A stretch of 64,000 nucleotides of DNA from Minisyncoccota bacterium (GTDB lineage Bacteria > Patescibacteriota > Minisyncoccia > JAHIHE01 > JAGLIN01): contig JBAZUT010000005.1 in the NCBI GenBank assembly GCA_041661265.1, positions 27,038 through 91,037 on the forward strand, read 5' to 3'. The notes beneath the pieces are model-generated. The model was not told where the DNA came from, ran no database searches, and saw only the letters and a program-made list of their open reading frames with translations. Shown here piece by piece: positions 11,555 through 21,742 of this stretch; the stretch's first letter is position 1, and the number at the start of each line of letters is the position of its first letter. Made by a program: the position numbers and the translations under genes.

Positions 11555-11792
11555 TTGTTTGTATATGGTTTATTAGCTATCAATAGGGCTAATATATGCA
11601 ACGAACTACGCAAAAAACAGCTTTATTTGCCTTATATTGCAACATATCTATATTAATATAGGATTCCAATAATGTCAATATTATGCGCCATTATCGGTTA
11701 ATTTGATTTTAGCAAATATTACCGAAATATGCAATTCAATAACTATAGGTAAATTATACATTTATACGGCATAATTCTGAATTTAAGAGGCC

Positions 11793-11820
11793 TTGACAGA
11801 CACATTCTAATCATTATAAT
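11793..11820 (+). promoter_or_regulatory. consensus sigma70 promoter (TTGACA, 16 nt, TATAAT) with a consensus SD (aaagaggag) 16 nt downstream, but no ATG ORF
   Basis: Perfect hexamers at 11793-11798 and 11815-11820, then AAAGAGGAG at 11836-11844, then a weak hairpin plus T-run near 11893-11925. Confidence 0.4.
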
Positions 11821-11928
11821 TAATAATTATATCAGAAAGAGGAGAGAATCGGTATTAACAGAAAAAACAAAAATAAACACAGAAAGTACAAAAAACGGGT
11901 CAAGCCCGTGTTTTTGTTTATCCTGATC

Positions 11929-12714
11929 CTAATTCTTGTCATCTGCAAAAAATTCATAATACGACAGGATCCACACCGAGCCCAAAATGATCCAGAAAAT
12001 AAGCTCTTCTATGGGAAATCGCAATCTTGAAATGCCCACCAAGCCCACAAATTTCCCCTCATTGAATTCCCATTGATTCGCGTACAGGCCTGACAATTCA
12101 AAAAACAGAAAAAGCGGTGAGAAGTAAGCAACTGTCGCAAAACACTTTTTCCGAAGCGCAGGAAAAAATGATAAGACAAGAACAAGCGGAATTAATGCGA
12201 CTATGATGCCGCCTTTTAAATAGAAAAATTCAATATGAAGCATCTCCGGATCGATCTTTAGGATCAAAAAAAAGACAGCCAGCAAAGAATTGAACAGCAA
12301 AACCATATATACGATACTCTTTGGCAATCCATCCCCCTCTTTGCCATGATCCAAAAAATATTCGTAAAATATGACTATAAGATATACAAAAAAGAATGCC
12401 CAAATAAAATCCTCATAAGGCACCACTCCGAAAAGCCTTGAATCGAAAACCGTAACCGGTACGAACCAGGATTTGTCCAGTACGGCCATATAATCCAAGA
12501 ATGTTGTCAGTGGTACAGTGAACAGCAATGAAAAAAGCGCGCTTTTTTTCACTAATCCCATTCTCCTGCAAGACAGATAGCAGGATGGCAATCCGAAAAA
12601 CAACAATGTCGAAATCAAAAAATTAGTTCGCAGTAAAACAGTAGTGAAAGATGCAAGTACTGCAAAAAAGGCCAAGATTGTCAGGTCGAAACTATGCTTC
12701 CCGCTCCTTGCCAT
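11929..12714 (-). CDS. hypothetical polytopic membrane protein
   Basis: 261 aa with about seven hydrophobic helices. Confidence 0.55.
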   Translation of the reverse strand: MARSGKHSFDLTILAFFAVLASFTTVLLRTNFLISTLLFFGLPSCYLSCRRMGLVKKSALFSLLFTVPLTTFLDYMAVLDKSWFVPVTVFDSRLFGVVPYEDFIWAFFFVYLIVIFYEYFLDHGKEGDGLPKSIVYMVLLFNSLLAVFFLILKIDPEMLHIEFFYLKGGIIVALIPLVLVLSFFPALRKKCFATVAYFSPLFLFFELSGLYANQWEFNEGKFVGLVGISRLRFPIEELIFWIILGSVWILSYYEFFADDKN

Positions 12715-12734
12715 AATAGTATGGATGCTAATTT

Positions 12735-14033
12735 TTATATTTTATCCGCTTTCAATGCATTTCTGGCGATAACTCTGTCATCCCAGGGTATTTTCTTGTC
12801 CCCGACCACCATGAACTGCTCGGCTCCTTTGCCGGTAATAATAACCATATCTCCCATGGCCGCCATTTTTATCGCTCTTTCGATCGCTTCCGATCTATCA
12901 TATATCCTGAACAGATCTTTGCCCGCCTTCTTATTCCTTATGCCGGACAGGACCTGATCCATTATCTTCTCGGGATCTTCACTGTACGGATCTTCGTTGG
13001 TAACGATCACAACGTCCGCATATTCATCGGCAAGCTTCCCAGCTTTTGCTCTATACGATGCATCCCTGTCGCCGGTCCCGCCAAGAACTGCAATAAGCCT
13101 GTTTCTGACGTATGGCTTAACTGCGGAATAAACGCTTTTCAGCGAATCCGGAGAATGAGCATAATCCACGATCACATCGAAGTTCTGTCCTTCCGCGATC
13201 TTTTCAAGGCGTCCGGGAACCTCTTTTACGGACTCAAGTCCGGATTTTATGTTATCGGGAGAGATCCCTTCTGCGAGCCCGGCGCAAAATGCCGCAAGAG
13301 AATTATATATATTGAACTCTCCGATAAGCGGAATATTGACCGATCTTTTATCTTCTCGATTGAATATGATTGTGAAGCCGGATCCGGTCTTTGAAAAAAC
13401 TATCTCGCTCGCCCGGACCAGATTCGCATCCGGTATTTCACTGTAACCCTTAAGGCTGAAGACATATCTGTTGGCTTTCGTATCAGACAAAAAGCTTCGG
13501 AGGTCCTCGTCGTCATAGTTTATGATAAGATTCTTCAAATCTTTCGTTATCAGCGCATCATGAGAATTCTTATAATTCTCATAGGTCCTGTGATAATCGA
13601 GGTGGTCGCTCATCATATTCGTAAGAACGACCGTCTGATATTTTATCCCATAGTGCCTATATTGCACCAGGCCGTGCGAGGAAACCTCTATGATCGCATA
13701 ATCGCATTTTTCCTTTGAAGCTTTCTTCAGGAAATTATGAAGATAGAAAGGAGATGGGGTTGTGAGTTTGACATTGTTCAGCCATTTTGTCTTTCCGATC
13801 TGGAAATTTGCCGTGGAAAGCATCGCCACTTTATATCCGCCCGCTTCCATCACTTTGGCTATCATGTTCGTGGTTGTTGTTTTTCCTTTTGTACCGGCAA
13901 TTGCAATAACCTTCATTCTCCGAGCCGGAAAACCGTTAAGAACCATCGCCGCGACCGACCGGCATTTATGAAAATGCAGGATCATCCCATAGGGCACTAA
14001 TTTTCTTAACACTTTTTTAACTCTATATAACAT
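12735..14033 (-). CDS. Mur ligase family protein (MurE/MurF-like ATP-dependent amide ligase lacking the usual N-terminal domain)
   Basis: P-loop IAIAGTKGKTTTTNMI and the Mur ligase middle and C-terminal domain pattern (DYAHSPDSL, GGTGDRD). Confidence 0.65.
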   Translation of the reverse strand: MLYRVKKVLRKLVPYGMILHFHKCRSVAAMVLNGFPARRMKVIAIAGTKGKTTTTNMIAKVMEAGGYKVAMLSTANFQIGKTKWLNNVKLTTPSPFYLHNFLKKASKEKCDYAIIEVSSHGLVQYRHYGIKYQTVVLTNMMSDHLDYHRTYENYKNSHDALITKDLKNLIINYDDEDLRSFLSDTKANRYVFSLKGYSEIPDANLVRASEIVFSKTGSGFTIIFNREDKRSVNIPLIGEFNIYNSLAAFCAGLAEGISPDNIKSGLESVKEVPGRLEKIAEGQNFDVIVDYAHSPDSLKSVYSAVKPYVRNRLIAVLGGTGDRDASYRAKAGKLADEYADVVIVTNEDPYSEDPEKIMDQVLSGIRNKKAGKDLFRIYDRSEAIERAIKMAAMGDMVIITGKGAEQFMVVGDKKIPWDDRVIARNALKADKI

Positions 14034-16744
14034 TATTTTTTCTCCTTTATTATAAATAAATACTTGACACTCTCCACTACGAACATTACGGAAATTATGG
14101 CAAAGAATATCAGCGACCAGTCATTCATGTCCAGCGGAACCGTTTTGAGGATCCTCTGGAAATATTCATTATAGATCGCAACGAGCTGGAGAGAAAATCC
14201 TACGACCGTCGCCAGAACAAGATATATATTCGAAAAGATATCTTTCTGAAATATCGTACGCCTTAATGATCGGATCGAGAAAGCATAAAAAAGAGAACCG
14301 ACCGCAAGGATAGTAAAAGCGATCGTGCTTGCTTTCTGGAAATTACCCGTTGCTCCGATCACGTAGTAGAACAAGCCCAGAGCGATTAGGCCTTTTGTCA
14401 TGCTAACAATGACTATCAGTACCTTCATTTCAAAATTCAAAAGCGGTTCGTTCTTTTTTCTTGGCGGTTCGTTCATTATCTCTTTTTCCCCCGGTTCAAC
14501 AGAAAGAGCGGCATTGGAAAAACTGTCGGTAATAAGATTTATCCAAAGGATCTGTGCCGCCGCAAGAGGCAAGGTGTGGCTGTCCAACTTATAAGCAATG
14601 CTGATCAGCAGGCTTCCTCCGATAACGACAACCTCGCTGAAACTGTCAGAGACAAGATAAAGAGTCACTTTTCTCAGATTGTCGAAGATTAGCCTTCCCT
14701 GTTCGATCGCGGTTATGATCGTCTTGAAATTATTATCTAAAAGAACGATATCAGCCGTTTCCTTTGCAACTTCCGTTCCGCTTCCGAGGGCTATTCCGAT
14801 GTCAGCCGACTTCAGAGCCGGAGCGTCATTAACACCATCACCGGTCATCGCAACCACTTCTCCTTTATTCTGAAGCGCATCCACGATCCTCGATTTGTGA
14901 TGAGGAGAAACCCTCGCATAGACCTTGATCTTGCTCACAATATTATTGAAGTCTTTCGTGCTCATCTCATCAAGCTCATAGCCGTCCAGGATATTATTGT
15001 CTTCAACCTTCATTCCCAGCTCCAAGGCGATCGTCTTTGCCGTAGCGCGGTTGTCGCCGGTTATCATCACAACCTTCAATCCGGCCGCCCTGGCCATTTC
15101 TATCGTTTTTCTGGCTTCCGGCCTGATCGGATCCTTGATCGCAATAAGTCCGACAAACGTAAGATTATTTACGATCTCTTCCTCATTTTTTTCATCGAAT
15201 TTTTCCGCAATTTCCGCTTCTGCGCGCTTGAATGCGACCGCAATGACCCTAAGACCCTTCTTGCTCAATTCGTTCTGATTTCTCTTGAAAAATCTGAGAT
15301 CCTCCTCAGAGATCTTCCTGGTCTTGCCTTCCACTAAAACATGTTTTGATCTCGCTATTATCTCCTCGGGAGTTCCCTTTACATACACCTCATAATTATT
15401 TTCGCCGCTCCTGTTTAATGTTGCCATCAGCTTCCTTTCCGAGTTGAAAGGTATTTCATCTATTCTCCTGTATACATCTTTGATCTCCTGAAAGTCATAA
15501 CCGACGACCAATCCGGAAAAAAGAAGGGCTTTTTCGGTATAATCGCCATGTATCTTCCAGTTTTCCAGCTCTTCGTTCTGATTTTCGACAATGGCATTGT
15601 TGCATATCATTCCGATCTTGATCGCTATCATATGATCCAGATTGTGCTTTTCCTCTTCAACTATTCTCTCTGTGGTATTTTTCGCCTTCGCCATTAAGAA
15701 TACCGAACTCAATGTTATGACATGATCAACCTCCATCTCTCCCTTGGTTATCGTTCCGGTCTTGTCGGTGCAGATCACGGTCGTGCTCCCAAGCGTTTCG
15801 GCGGCGATCAGTTTTCGCACCAAAGATCCGTTTTTCAATATCCTCTGCATTCCTATCGCAAGAACTACGGTAAGCGCGACCAACAACCCTTCCGGAATGG
15901 CAGCTACGGCAACTGCAACCGAAACAGTGAATATCTCCACAAACTTAATGCCAGCCATAAGACCTATGACCAGAATAACGACTATGATGGCAAAGGTCAT
16001 TATTCCGAACGATTTGCTGAATTTGGCCAGCTGTACCTGAAGAGGAGTATCTTCCTCCTTGGTTTCCTTCAGAAGAACTGCTATTTGGCCAAATTTCGTA
16101 CCGATGCCGGTCAAACTCACAATCATTTGACCCCTCCCGCTTGCAACAGATGTTCCCATGTAGACCATATTGTCTTTATTTTCAAGATTTCCCTTCCGGT
16201 CTTTTATATCGACGACTTTTCCCACAGGAATGGATTCTCCCGTCAAACTGGATTCGTCCACCTCAAGCTCATGAACCTCTATCAACCTTCCATCCGCCGG
16301 GATCCTATCTCCCCCCCTTAGCACAACAACATCGCCCGGAACAATATCCATGGAATTGATATCCATCTCTATATCGTTTCTTATAACATGCGACCGATGT
16401 TCAACCATCTCTTTCAATCTCGCCAGTCCGTTCTCCGCCTTCGCTTCCTGGATGAATCCCACGATCGTATTGAGAAAAACGGCAAAAAGTATGACCACGG
16501 CGTCATTCAACTCATTCAGAAAAAATGAAATGATGGCGGCGATGAATAATATATAGACCAAAGGGCTCTTGAATTGATTTATGGCAATACTGAAATATGT
16601 GAACCTTTTTTTGTCGGGAAGCTTGTTGTTTCCATACTTTTTAAGCCTTTTTTGCACCTCTTCCCCGCTAAGTCCGGTTCGGGACGTTTTTAGGGCATCA
16701 AGAACTTCTTTTATGCTAAGATCGAAAAGATTTTCTGTTCTCAT
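14033..16744 (-). CDS. P-type cation-transporting ATPase (P2-type, Ca2+/Mg2+-like)
   Basis: Phosphorylation motif ICTDKTGTIT, hinge MTGDGVNDAPALK, TGES actuator motif, and ten predicted transmembrane helices. Confidence 0.9.
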   Translation of the reverse strand: MRTENLFDLSIKEVLDALKTSRTGLSGEEVQKRLKKYGNNKLPDKKRFTYFSIAINQFKSPLVYILFIAAIISFFLNELNDAVVILFAVFLNTIVGFIQEAKAENGLARLKEMVEHRSHVIRNDIEMDINSMDIVPGDVVVLRGGDRIPADGRLIEVHELEVDESSLTGESIPVGKVVDIKDRKGNLENKDNMVYMGTSVASGRGQMIVSLTGIGTKFGQIAVLLKETKEEDTPLQVQLAKFSKSFGIMTFAIIVVILVIGLMAGIKFVEIFTVSVAVAVAAIPEGLLVALTVVLAIGMQRILKNGSLVRKLIAAETLGSTTVICTDKTGTITKGEMEVDHVITLSSVFLMAKAKNTTERIVEEEKHNLDHMIAIKIGMICNNAIVENQNEELENWKIHGDYTEKALLFSGLVVGYDFQEIKDVYRRIDEIPFNSERKLMATLNRSGENNYEVYVKGTPEEIIARSKHVLVEGKTRKISEEDLRFFKRNQNELSKKGLRVIAVAFKRAEAEIAEKFDEKNEEEIVNNLTFVGLIAIKDPIRPEARKTIEMARAAGLKVVMITGDNRATAKTIALELGMKVEDNNILDGYELDEMSTKDFNNIVSKIKVYARVSPHHKSRIVDALQNKGEVVAMTGDGVNDAPALKSADIGIALGSGTEVAKETADIVLLDNNFKTIITAIEQGRLIFDNLRKVTLYLVSDSFSEVVVIGGSLLISIAYKLDSHTLPLAAAQILWINLITDSFSNAALSVEPGEKEIMNEPPRKKNEPLLNFEMKVLIVIVSMTKGLIALGLFYYVIGATGNFQKASTIAFTILAVGSLFYAFSIRSLRRTIFQKDIFSNIYLVLATVVGFSLQLVAIYNEYFQRILKTVPLDMNDWSLIFFAIISVMFVVESVKYLFIIKEKK

Positions 16745-16917
16745 TTTTATATTGAATATTTATGGCTTTATACTATTAAAATAGCATAATTCCGGCTTTC
16801 GGGCAAAAGCGAACGCCGCAAACAAAGCTCAGAGGTATAGTATTATTTGTATAATATCCGCGAGTATACTAAAATTAGTGTAACAGGATATTATGCCGAA
16901 TAATCAGACAACCAGCC

Positions 16918-17709
16918 ATGATAATAAACAATAAATACGCATACTTTTTCGATGACATAAAGAAATGCGCGAGAATTTCCATCGAACTTTCCGCAAATGA
17001 CCGAAGATATATTCCCGGGATAAAATATCTTGAAGATCATTTCCTGTTTGACCTTCCGATTTACCGGAATTTCCGGATATCAAGGTTCCTGGCGGATAAT
17101 ATCCCGGAAAACTCAAAAGTGCTTGACTGGGGATGCGGGTATGGGGATGCAAGTTTCATGCTGAGATCGCTCAGGCCGGATCTTGATATAATTTCCTACG
17201 ACGTGCTATCTTCGCCGCCATGGGAAACCTTGGCTGGAAAAGAAAACCTCAACAAGATCGTTGACAACAATGAAGACAGGTTACCCTTTGAAGCGGGATG
17301 TTTTGATGCAATCTTCGGGATCGGCGTACTTGAACATGTCAAAGACCAGGAGAACTCCCTGAAAGAAATATATCGCATCCTGAAGCCGGGAGGCCTGTTC
17401 TATATATTTCTCTACCCCAACAGGTTTTCATATACGGAAAGATTCCAAAAAACCATCGGACATCCATGCCACGACAAGCCCCTCAGCATGGAAGAGCTGG
17501 AAAAAAGAGTGACGGATCCGGGATTTACCGTAGAAGCAAAAGGATATCAATTAACCCTTCCGATCATACTCAGCAGATTTCCCTTTTTCGTCAGATATCT
17601 TTATAATTTATTCGGAAATGCAATAATGGCCATGAATGACATATTTGAAAAAATACCCGTGCTGAACAAACTGAGCAGCAATCTGATGGTCATTTGCCGA
17701 AAAAAATAA
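16918..17709 (+). CDS. class I SAM-dependent methyltransferase
   Basis: VLDWGCGYGDASF (motif I) and ILKPGGLFYI (motif post-II). Confidence 0.7.
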   Translation: MIINNKYAYFFDDIKKCARISIELSANDRRYIPGIKYLEDHFLFDLPIYRNFRISRFLADNIPENSKVLDWGCGYGDASFMLRSLRPDLDIISYDVLSSPPWETLAGKENLNKIVDNNEDRLPFEAGCFDAIFGIGVLEHVKDQENSLKEIYRILKPGGLFYIFLYPNRFSYTERFQKTIGHPCHDKPLSMEELEKRVTDPGFTVEAKGYQLTLPIILSRFPFFVRYLYNLFGNAIMAMNDIFEKIPVLNKLSSNLMVICRKK

Positions 17710-17722
17710 GCATTGATATCGG

Positions 17723-17754
17723 CAAAAAAAATAAAGAGGGTTTTCCTCTTTTTA
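17723..17754. terminator. bidirectional terminator hairpin (aaagagg / cctcttt) flanked by an A-run and a T-run
   Basis: Lies between convergent genes ending at 17709 and 17752. Confidence 0.5.
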
Positions 17755-18378
17755 TGTTGCTTTTTCCTGACTCAGGTCATATTTATATCTTGCTCTCGCT
17801 ATCACCAGGGTTATTGCCAGCATCGTGGCAAATATCACCAGCCACTCGGCAATCATCCCTGCAAATAATGCCAATATGAGCGATAACGTTGTCATTATGA
17901 CAAAGTCTATGGGCATCGGCGTATGCGGGATGTACCATGTTTTCCCGACTTGGGGATATTTTTTCTTGAAATCCTTGACACCGAACCTTGGATCGGGGTT
18001 TATGACATTCCATAAAAAATCTTCATGGAGCACGATGGCCAGCAGCAAGCTCAACGAGATCAGTATTGTTTTCGAAAACAAGCTGATCAAATTCATGCCG
18101 CCCAAGTTTTTCAGATAATTAACGATAGGTTCTATGCCTATTACCAGCGAAACGATCACGAGCGGAAACAACAGTACGAGCAATCCCAGTGCTCCAAGCG
18201 ATACATGGTAGCCGGTTATAGGCTTCGAAAACCAGCTCACGTCTTTTTTCCAGGAATAGGGCAATCCGCTTGCCCATGAATTGGGGCCCTCGATCTGGAT
18301 CTCGAAGTATGCCCACGCGATCGAAATTGCTTCAAGAAGCATTCCGATGAACATTAACCATATTTCCATCATAATCAA
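17752..18378 (-). CDS. hypothetical membrane protein
   Basis: 208 aa with several transmembrane helices. Confidence 0.5.
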   Translation of the reverse strand: MIMMEIWLMFIGMLLEAISIAWAYFEIQIEGPNSWASGLPYSWKKDVSWFSKPITGYHVSLGALGLLVLLFPLVIVSLVIGIEPIVNYLKNLGGMNLISLFSKTILISLSLLLAIVLHEDFLWNVINPDPRFGVKDFKKKYPQVGKTWYIPHTPMPIDFVIMTTLSLILALFAGMIAEWLVIFATMLAITLVIARARYKYDLSQEKAT

Positions 18379-18510
18379 ACACCTCCAAATGCCTGACGAT
18401 ACATATTACAGCGGAATGGCGCATTTGTCAATAGCATTTAGCTGAAATCAGGCTTATTTTAAACAAAAAAGGGCGGTTTAAAGACCGTCCTTTCCATGCA
18501 AACAGAGAAA

Positions 18511-19302
18511 TTAATTCTCAATTTTCTTCTCGGCTTTCTCGACTATATACGAGAAAAACTGAGCGGGATTCTTTTCATCCACTTCCTTGCCATCCTCTCT
18601 GAATTCCTTCTTATCAACTATCTTTAATCCTTTTTTTTCGAAAAGATCTCTCCATTCTTCGCCGCTATGCACATTATATTCCGAAACATTCACATTCCTC
18701 AGTATATTTTTTGCCCTGGCAAAAATTCCCTCTTCGGTCATGCCCTGTGGCGGTTCATCTACAATTATTATTTTGCCGTCATCTTTAATTATCCTGATCA
18801 TCTCATCCAGCATTTTCTCCTGATCCTCATGACTCAGCTCCTGAAAAGTGAAAAAAGATGTTGCAACATCAACTGACTTTTCTTTAATGGGCAATTCTTG
18901 TCCGCTTCCAAAAACTGTATTTATTTTTTTTCCTTCCCCTGATCCAGAAATTGCTCCCGAAGCATAGTCCTTAAGGTCTATTCCAACCGTACTTACGTTT
19001 TTGCCGGGATTATTTTTTATTATTTCTTTTTCAATATGTTGCGTCCCGCCTCCGATGTCCGCAATTCTGATCTTTTCTTCAGCGTCATATCCTTCGATCA
19101 CTTCATTTACTCCGGATTCTTTTACCATATTCTCCGCCCTTTTTTCGAGCCAATCCTGAACCGGCGCGGCCTCCTGGATACTGTGCTTAATTTTGTCCAT
19201 AAAAGACCTCGGATCCGGATGTTTTTTCTTCGCCAAATTGAACTTTTCCTCGCTTGTCAGTTCAGTCTCCCGGTCCTGCGCAATCTCAAACGAATTTTTC
19301 AT
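18511..19302 (-). CDS. class I SAM-dependent methyltransferase
   Basis: IADIGGGTQH glycine-rich motif I; KIIIVDEPPQ. Confidence 0.65.
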   Translation of the reverse strand: MKNSFEIAQDRETELTSEEKFNLAKKKHPDPRSFMDKIKHSIQEAAPVQDWLEKRAENMVKESGVNEVIEGYDAEEKIRIADIGGGTQHIEKEIIKNNPGKNVSTVGIDLKDYASGAISGSGEGKKINTVFGSGQELPIKEKSVDVATSFFTFQELSHEDQEKMLDEMIRIIKDDGKIIIVDEPPQGMTEEGIFARAKNILRNVNVSEYNVHSGEEWRDLFEKKGLKIVDKKEFREDGKEVDEKNPAQFFSYIVEKAEKKIEN

Positions 19303-19319
19303 GTTTTTGTCGCTAATGT

Positions 19320-20051
19320 TTACTTTTTTTCTTTATCGTAGATATCGAATTCATATTTGAACTTATTCTTTCTGTCCTTTCCAAGAAGCACCCAGTGCAA
19401 ACCTGTTCCGAGACTCTGGATCGCAACCTTCAAATGTCCTTCTTTTTCCAGACGGCGGGTTGAAACATCTATCTTAACGCTTTTTATCACCCTGAATTTA
19501 ACCTTGAAAAGTTTATATTGAACAGCCCTTTGCACATAATCAGAATCCTCTCCCAGAGTTATTCTCTCGTCAAATCCCTTGATCTTTCTATGAAGGTCTT
19601 TCTTTATGAATATACACCACCCCCCGCCAAAAGGCGTCAGGGAAAATTGGAAAAGATTTGTCAGTTTGTTCCAAAAATCAAAATATAGTTTATCAAGTTT
19701 GACTCCCTGAAGGGCCATAAGAGGAACCCCGATGTCTATTTTTCTTTTTTTAAATTCTTCCAAGGCCTTTTCCAAAAAATCAGCGCTCTTAAGCTCAGTA
19801 TCGGAATCCAAAAAAAGAAGCACTGTTCCGGTTGCGACTTTTGCGCCCATATTCCTTGCCCTTCCGGGAAGCCCCCCCTTGACCACCTTGCATCCAAAAC
19901 TGCCTGCTATTTCCTTGGTTCTGTCCTTTGAGCCATTATCCGAAACAATAATCTCATAATCCCTGAAAGTTTGTTTTTTTATGCTTTCGAGAAGCCTTGG
20001 AAGAAATTTCTCTTCATTCTTCGTAGGAATAACGATTGATAAAGTTGGCAT
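19320..20051 (-). CDS. family 2 glycosyltransferase
   Basis: LSIVIPTKNEEKFLPRLLESIKKQTFRDYEIIVSDNGSKD is the GT2 N-terminal signature, with a DxD motif. Confidence 0.8.
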   Translation of the reverse strand: MPTLSIVIPTKNEEKFLPRLLESIKKQTFRDYEIIVSDNGSKDRTKEIAGSFGCKVVKGGLPGRARNMGAKVATGTVLLFLDSDTELKSADFLEKALEEFKKRKIDIGVPLMALQGVKLDKLYFDFWNKLTNLFQFSLTPFGGGWCIFIKKDLHRKIKGFDERITLGEDSDYVQRAVQYKLFKVKFRVIKSVKIDVSTRRLEKEGHLKVAIQSLGTGLHWVLLGKDRKNKFKYEFDIYDKEKK

Positions 20052-20067
20052 ATTTCTATATTAATTA

Positions 20068-21219
20068 TTATTTCTTGATGAGACTATCATATAACTTTAC
20101 GATCTTTTCGGTCCACAATTCTATAGTAAACTTCTTGGAATTGATCTTGGCTTGATCCGATAGCCTCTTCCTCAGATCTCTGTCATTTATGACTTTTATC
20201 ACAGAAGATGAAAATTCATCGACATTATTATCGGTTAATATCCCGTCTTCTCCACTTATGATCATATCCTCGATCCCGCTTGCTCTGACCGCAACGGCAG
20301 GAATTCCGGCAGACATCGCCTCAACCGCGACAAGCCCTTGCGTCTCGGTCAGCGACGCAAAAACGAATATATCGCTTGCCTGATAAAGGCTGATGATCTC
20401 CTCCTTATTCACCAGTCCCGTAAAAACCACATCATTTTCTATTCCAAAATCCTTCACCATCGCCTCCAGATCCTTTTTCACCGCTCCGTCCCCGACTATG
20501 ATGAATTTCGCATTCACACAGGTCTTCTTTATCTTATTGAAAGCCTCGACAAGGAATTTCACATTCTTTTCCTCGGTGATCCTGCATGCGGTTATAAGGG
20601 CGACGTCATTCGGGCTGATCTTATATTTGGCGCGGAGCTCTTCCCTTCTGCCGGTTCCTTTTGCAAACTCGTCGATATTTATCCCGCTCGGAATGATCTC
20701 TATTCTGGAGGATACGCCACCGTCAAGCAGTAACTTTTTTATGGCGCCGGACGGAGCTATGACCGCATCGCTCTTATTGCTATAACCGGTCGTGATCTTT
20801 CTTATCAAGCCTTTTGCGATAGAACTTGGGAGAAGCGGAATATAATGGGAATAATCCTCATATTTGATATGATAAGTAAAAACAAGCGGTATCTTGAGCA
20901 TCCTTGCATATTTCATCGCCTCATCCCCGAGAGAATAAGGCTGATGGGAATGGATTATATCCAGATTCAGTTTTTTTACTGTTTCTTCCATGTGAGACAT
21001 GAAAGGCAGCGGAATAACATAATAATACCCGCCGTAATTGAAACGAAAACTTTCATATCTGAATATGTTCTTTTCCTTGTCGGTATAGCCGGGATATTTC
21101 GGAGCAAAGACAAACGGTTCGTGGCCGGCCCGAACAAGACCCTTGCAGAGATTTATTACGGACGTTTCCATACCGCCCTTGGAAGGTATGTAATAGTTGA
21201 TGAACATTCCTACTTTCAT
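20068..21219 (-). CDS. family 4 glycosyltransferase (GT-B)
   Basis: C-terminal E-x7-E region (GLVAVEAMSAGIPAVAVRASG) typical of GT4. Confidence 0.8.
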   Translation of the reverse strand: MKVGMFINYYIPSKGGMETSVINLCKGLVRAGHEPFVFAPKYPGYTDKEKNIFRYESFRFNYGGYYYVIPLPFMSHMEETVKKLNLDIIHSHQPYSLGDEAMKYARMLKIPLVFTYHIKYEDYSHYIPLLPSSIAKGLIRKITTGYSNKSDAVIAPSGAIKKLLLDGGVSSRIEIIPSGINIDEFAKGTGRREELRAKYKISPNDVALITACRITEEKNVKFLVEAFNKIKKTCVNAKFIIVGDGAVKKDLEAMVKDFGIENDVVFTGLVNKEEIISLYQASDIFVFASLTETQGLVAVEAMSAGIPAVAVRASGIEDMIISGEDGILTDNNVDEFSSSVIKVINDRDLRKRLSDQAKINSKKFTIELWTEKIVKLYDSLIKK

Positions 21220-21228
21220 GCGTTTTAA

Positions 21229-21705
21229 TTAGTGTTTAATTTTATTTTTTATTTTCACAAACCCATTAGCCCAACTTTGAATATGTTCGATTAGCTTGTA
21301 CCAAAAAGACGGCATATATACCATACTTGCGAAGACGATCGTGATGATGATCATTGCGTCATAGCTCAGCCTGGACCAATAATCGTCCTCCAGTTTCAGC
21401 CACATTCCGAATTCATCAAAGGTCAAAGCAAGACCGACTCCATACAAAGCGCCTATCCTCAGCCTGTTCTTCGTATTAAGAAAGAAAAGGGCGAGGAGAC
21501 CTGCGATCGCAAGAATAAATATCCCATAATTCAGATGATGGATGTGATATCCCCTGATATACAAATTCGGATCTTCAATAATTCCCATGCGCCCCAATCT
21601 TACATAAGTCCTAACGAAAATAAAAGTAAATAAAAAAGAAGTAAGAATAGCAAAGCTCATCCTCCTCTTGTGTTTAGATATAAGTCTATAATAGAAACCG
21701 CCCAC
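21229..21705 (-). CDS. hypothetical small membrane protein
   Basis: 158 aa with four transmembrane helices. Confidence 0.5.
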   Translation of the reverse strand: MGGFYYRLISKHKRRMSFAILTSFLFTFIFVRTYVRLGRMGIIEDPNLYIRGYHIHHLNYGIFILAIAGLLALFFLNTKNRLRIGALYGVGLALTFDEFGMWLKLEDDYWSRLSYDAMIIITIVFASMVYMPSFWYKLIEHIQSWANGFVKIKNKIKH

Positions 21706-21742
21706 CGTTTACATGATAATGATTAATATTGCCAGAGCCTGT

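Noticed and set aside
14400-16556. Several 60-200-aa plus-strand ORFs
   Set aside because: All are antisense within the P-type ATPase gene.
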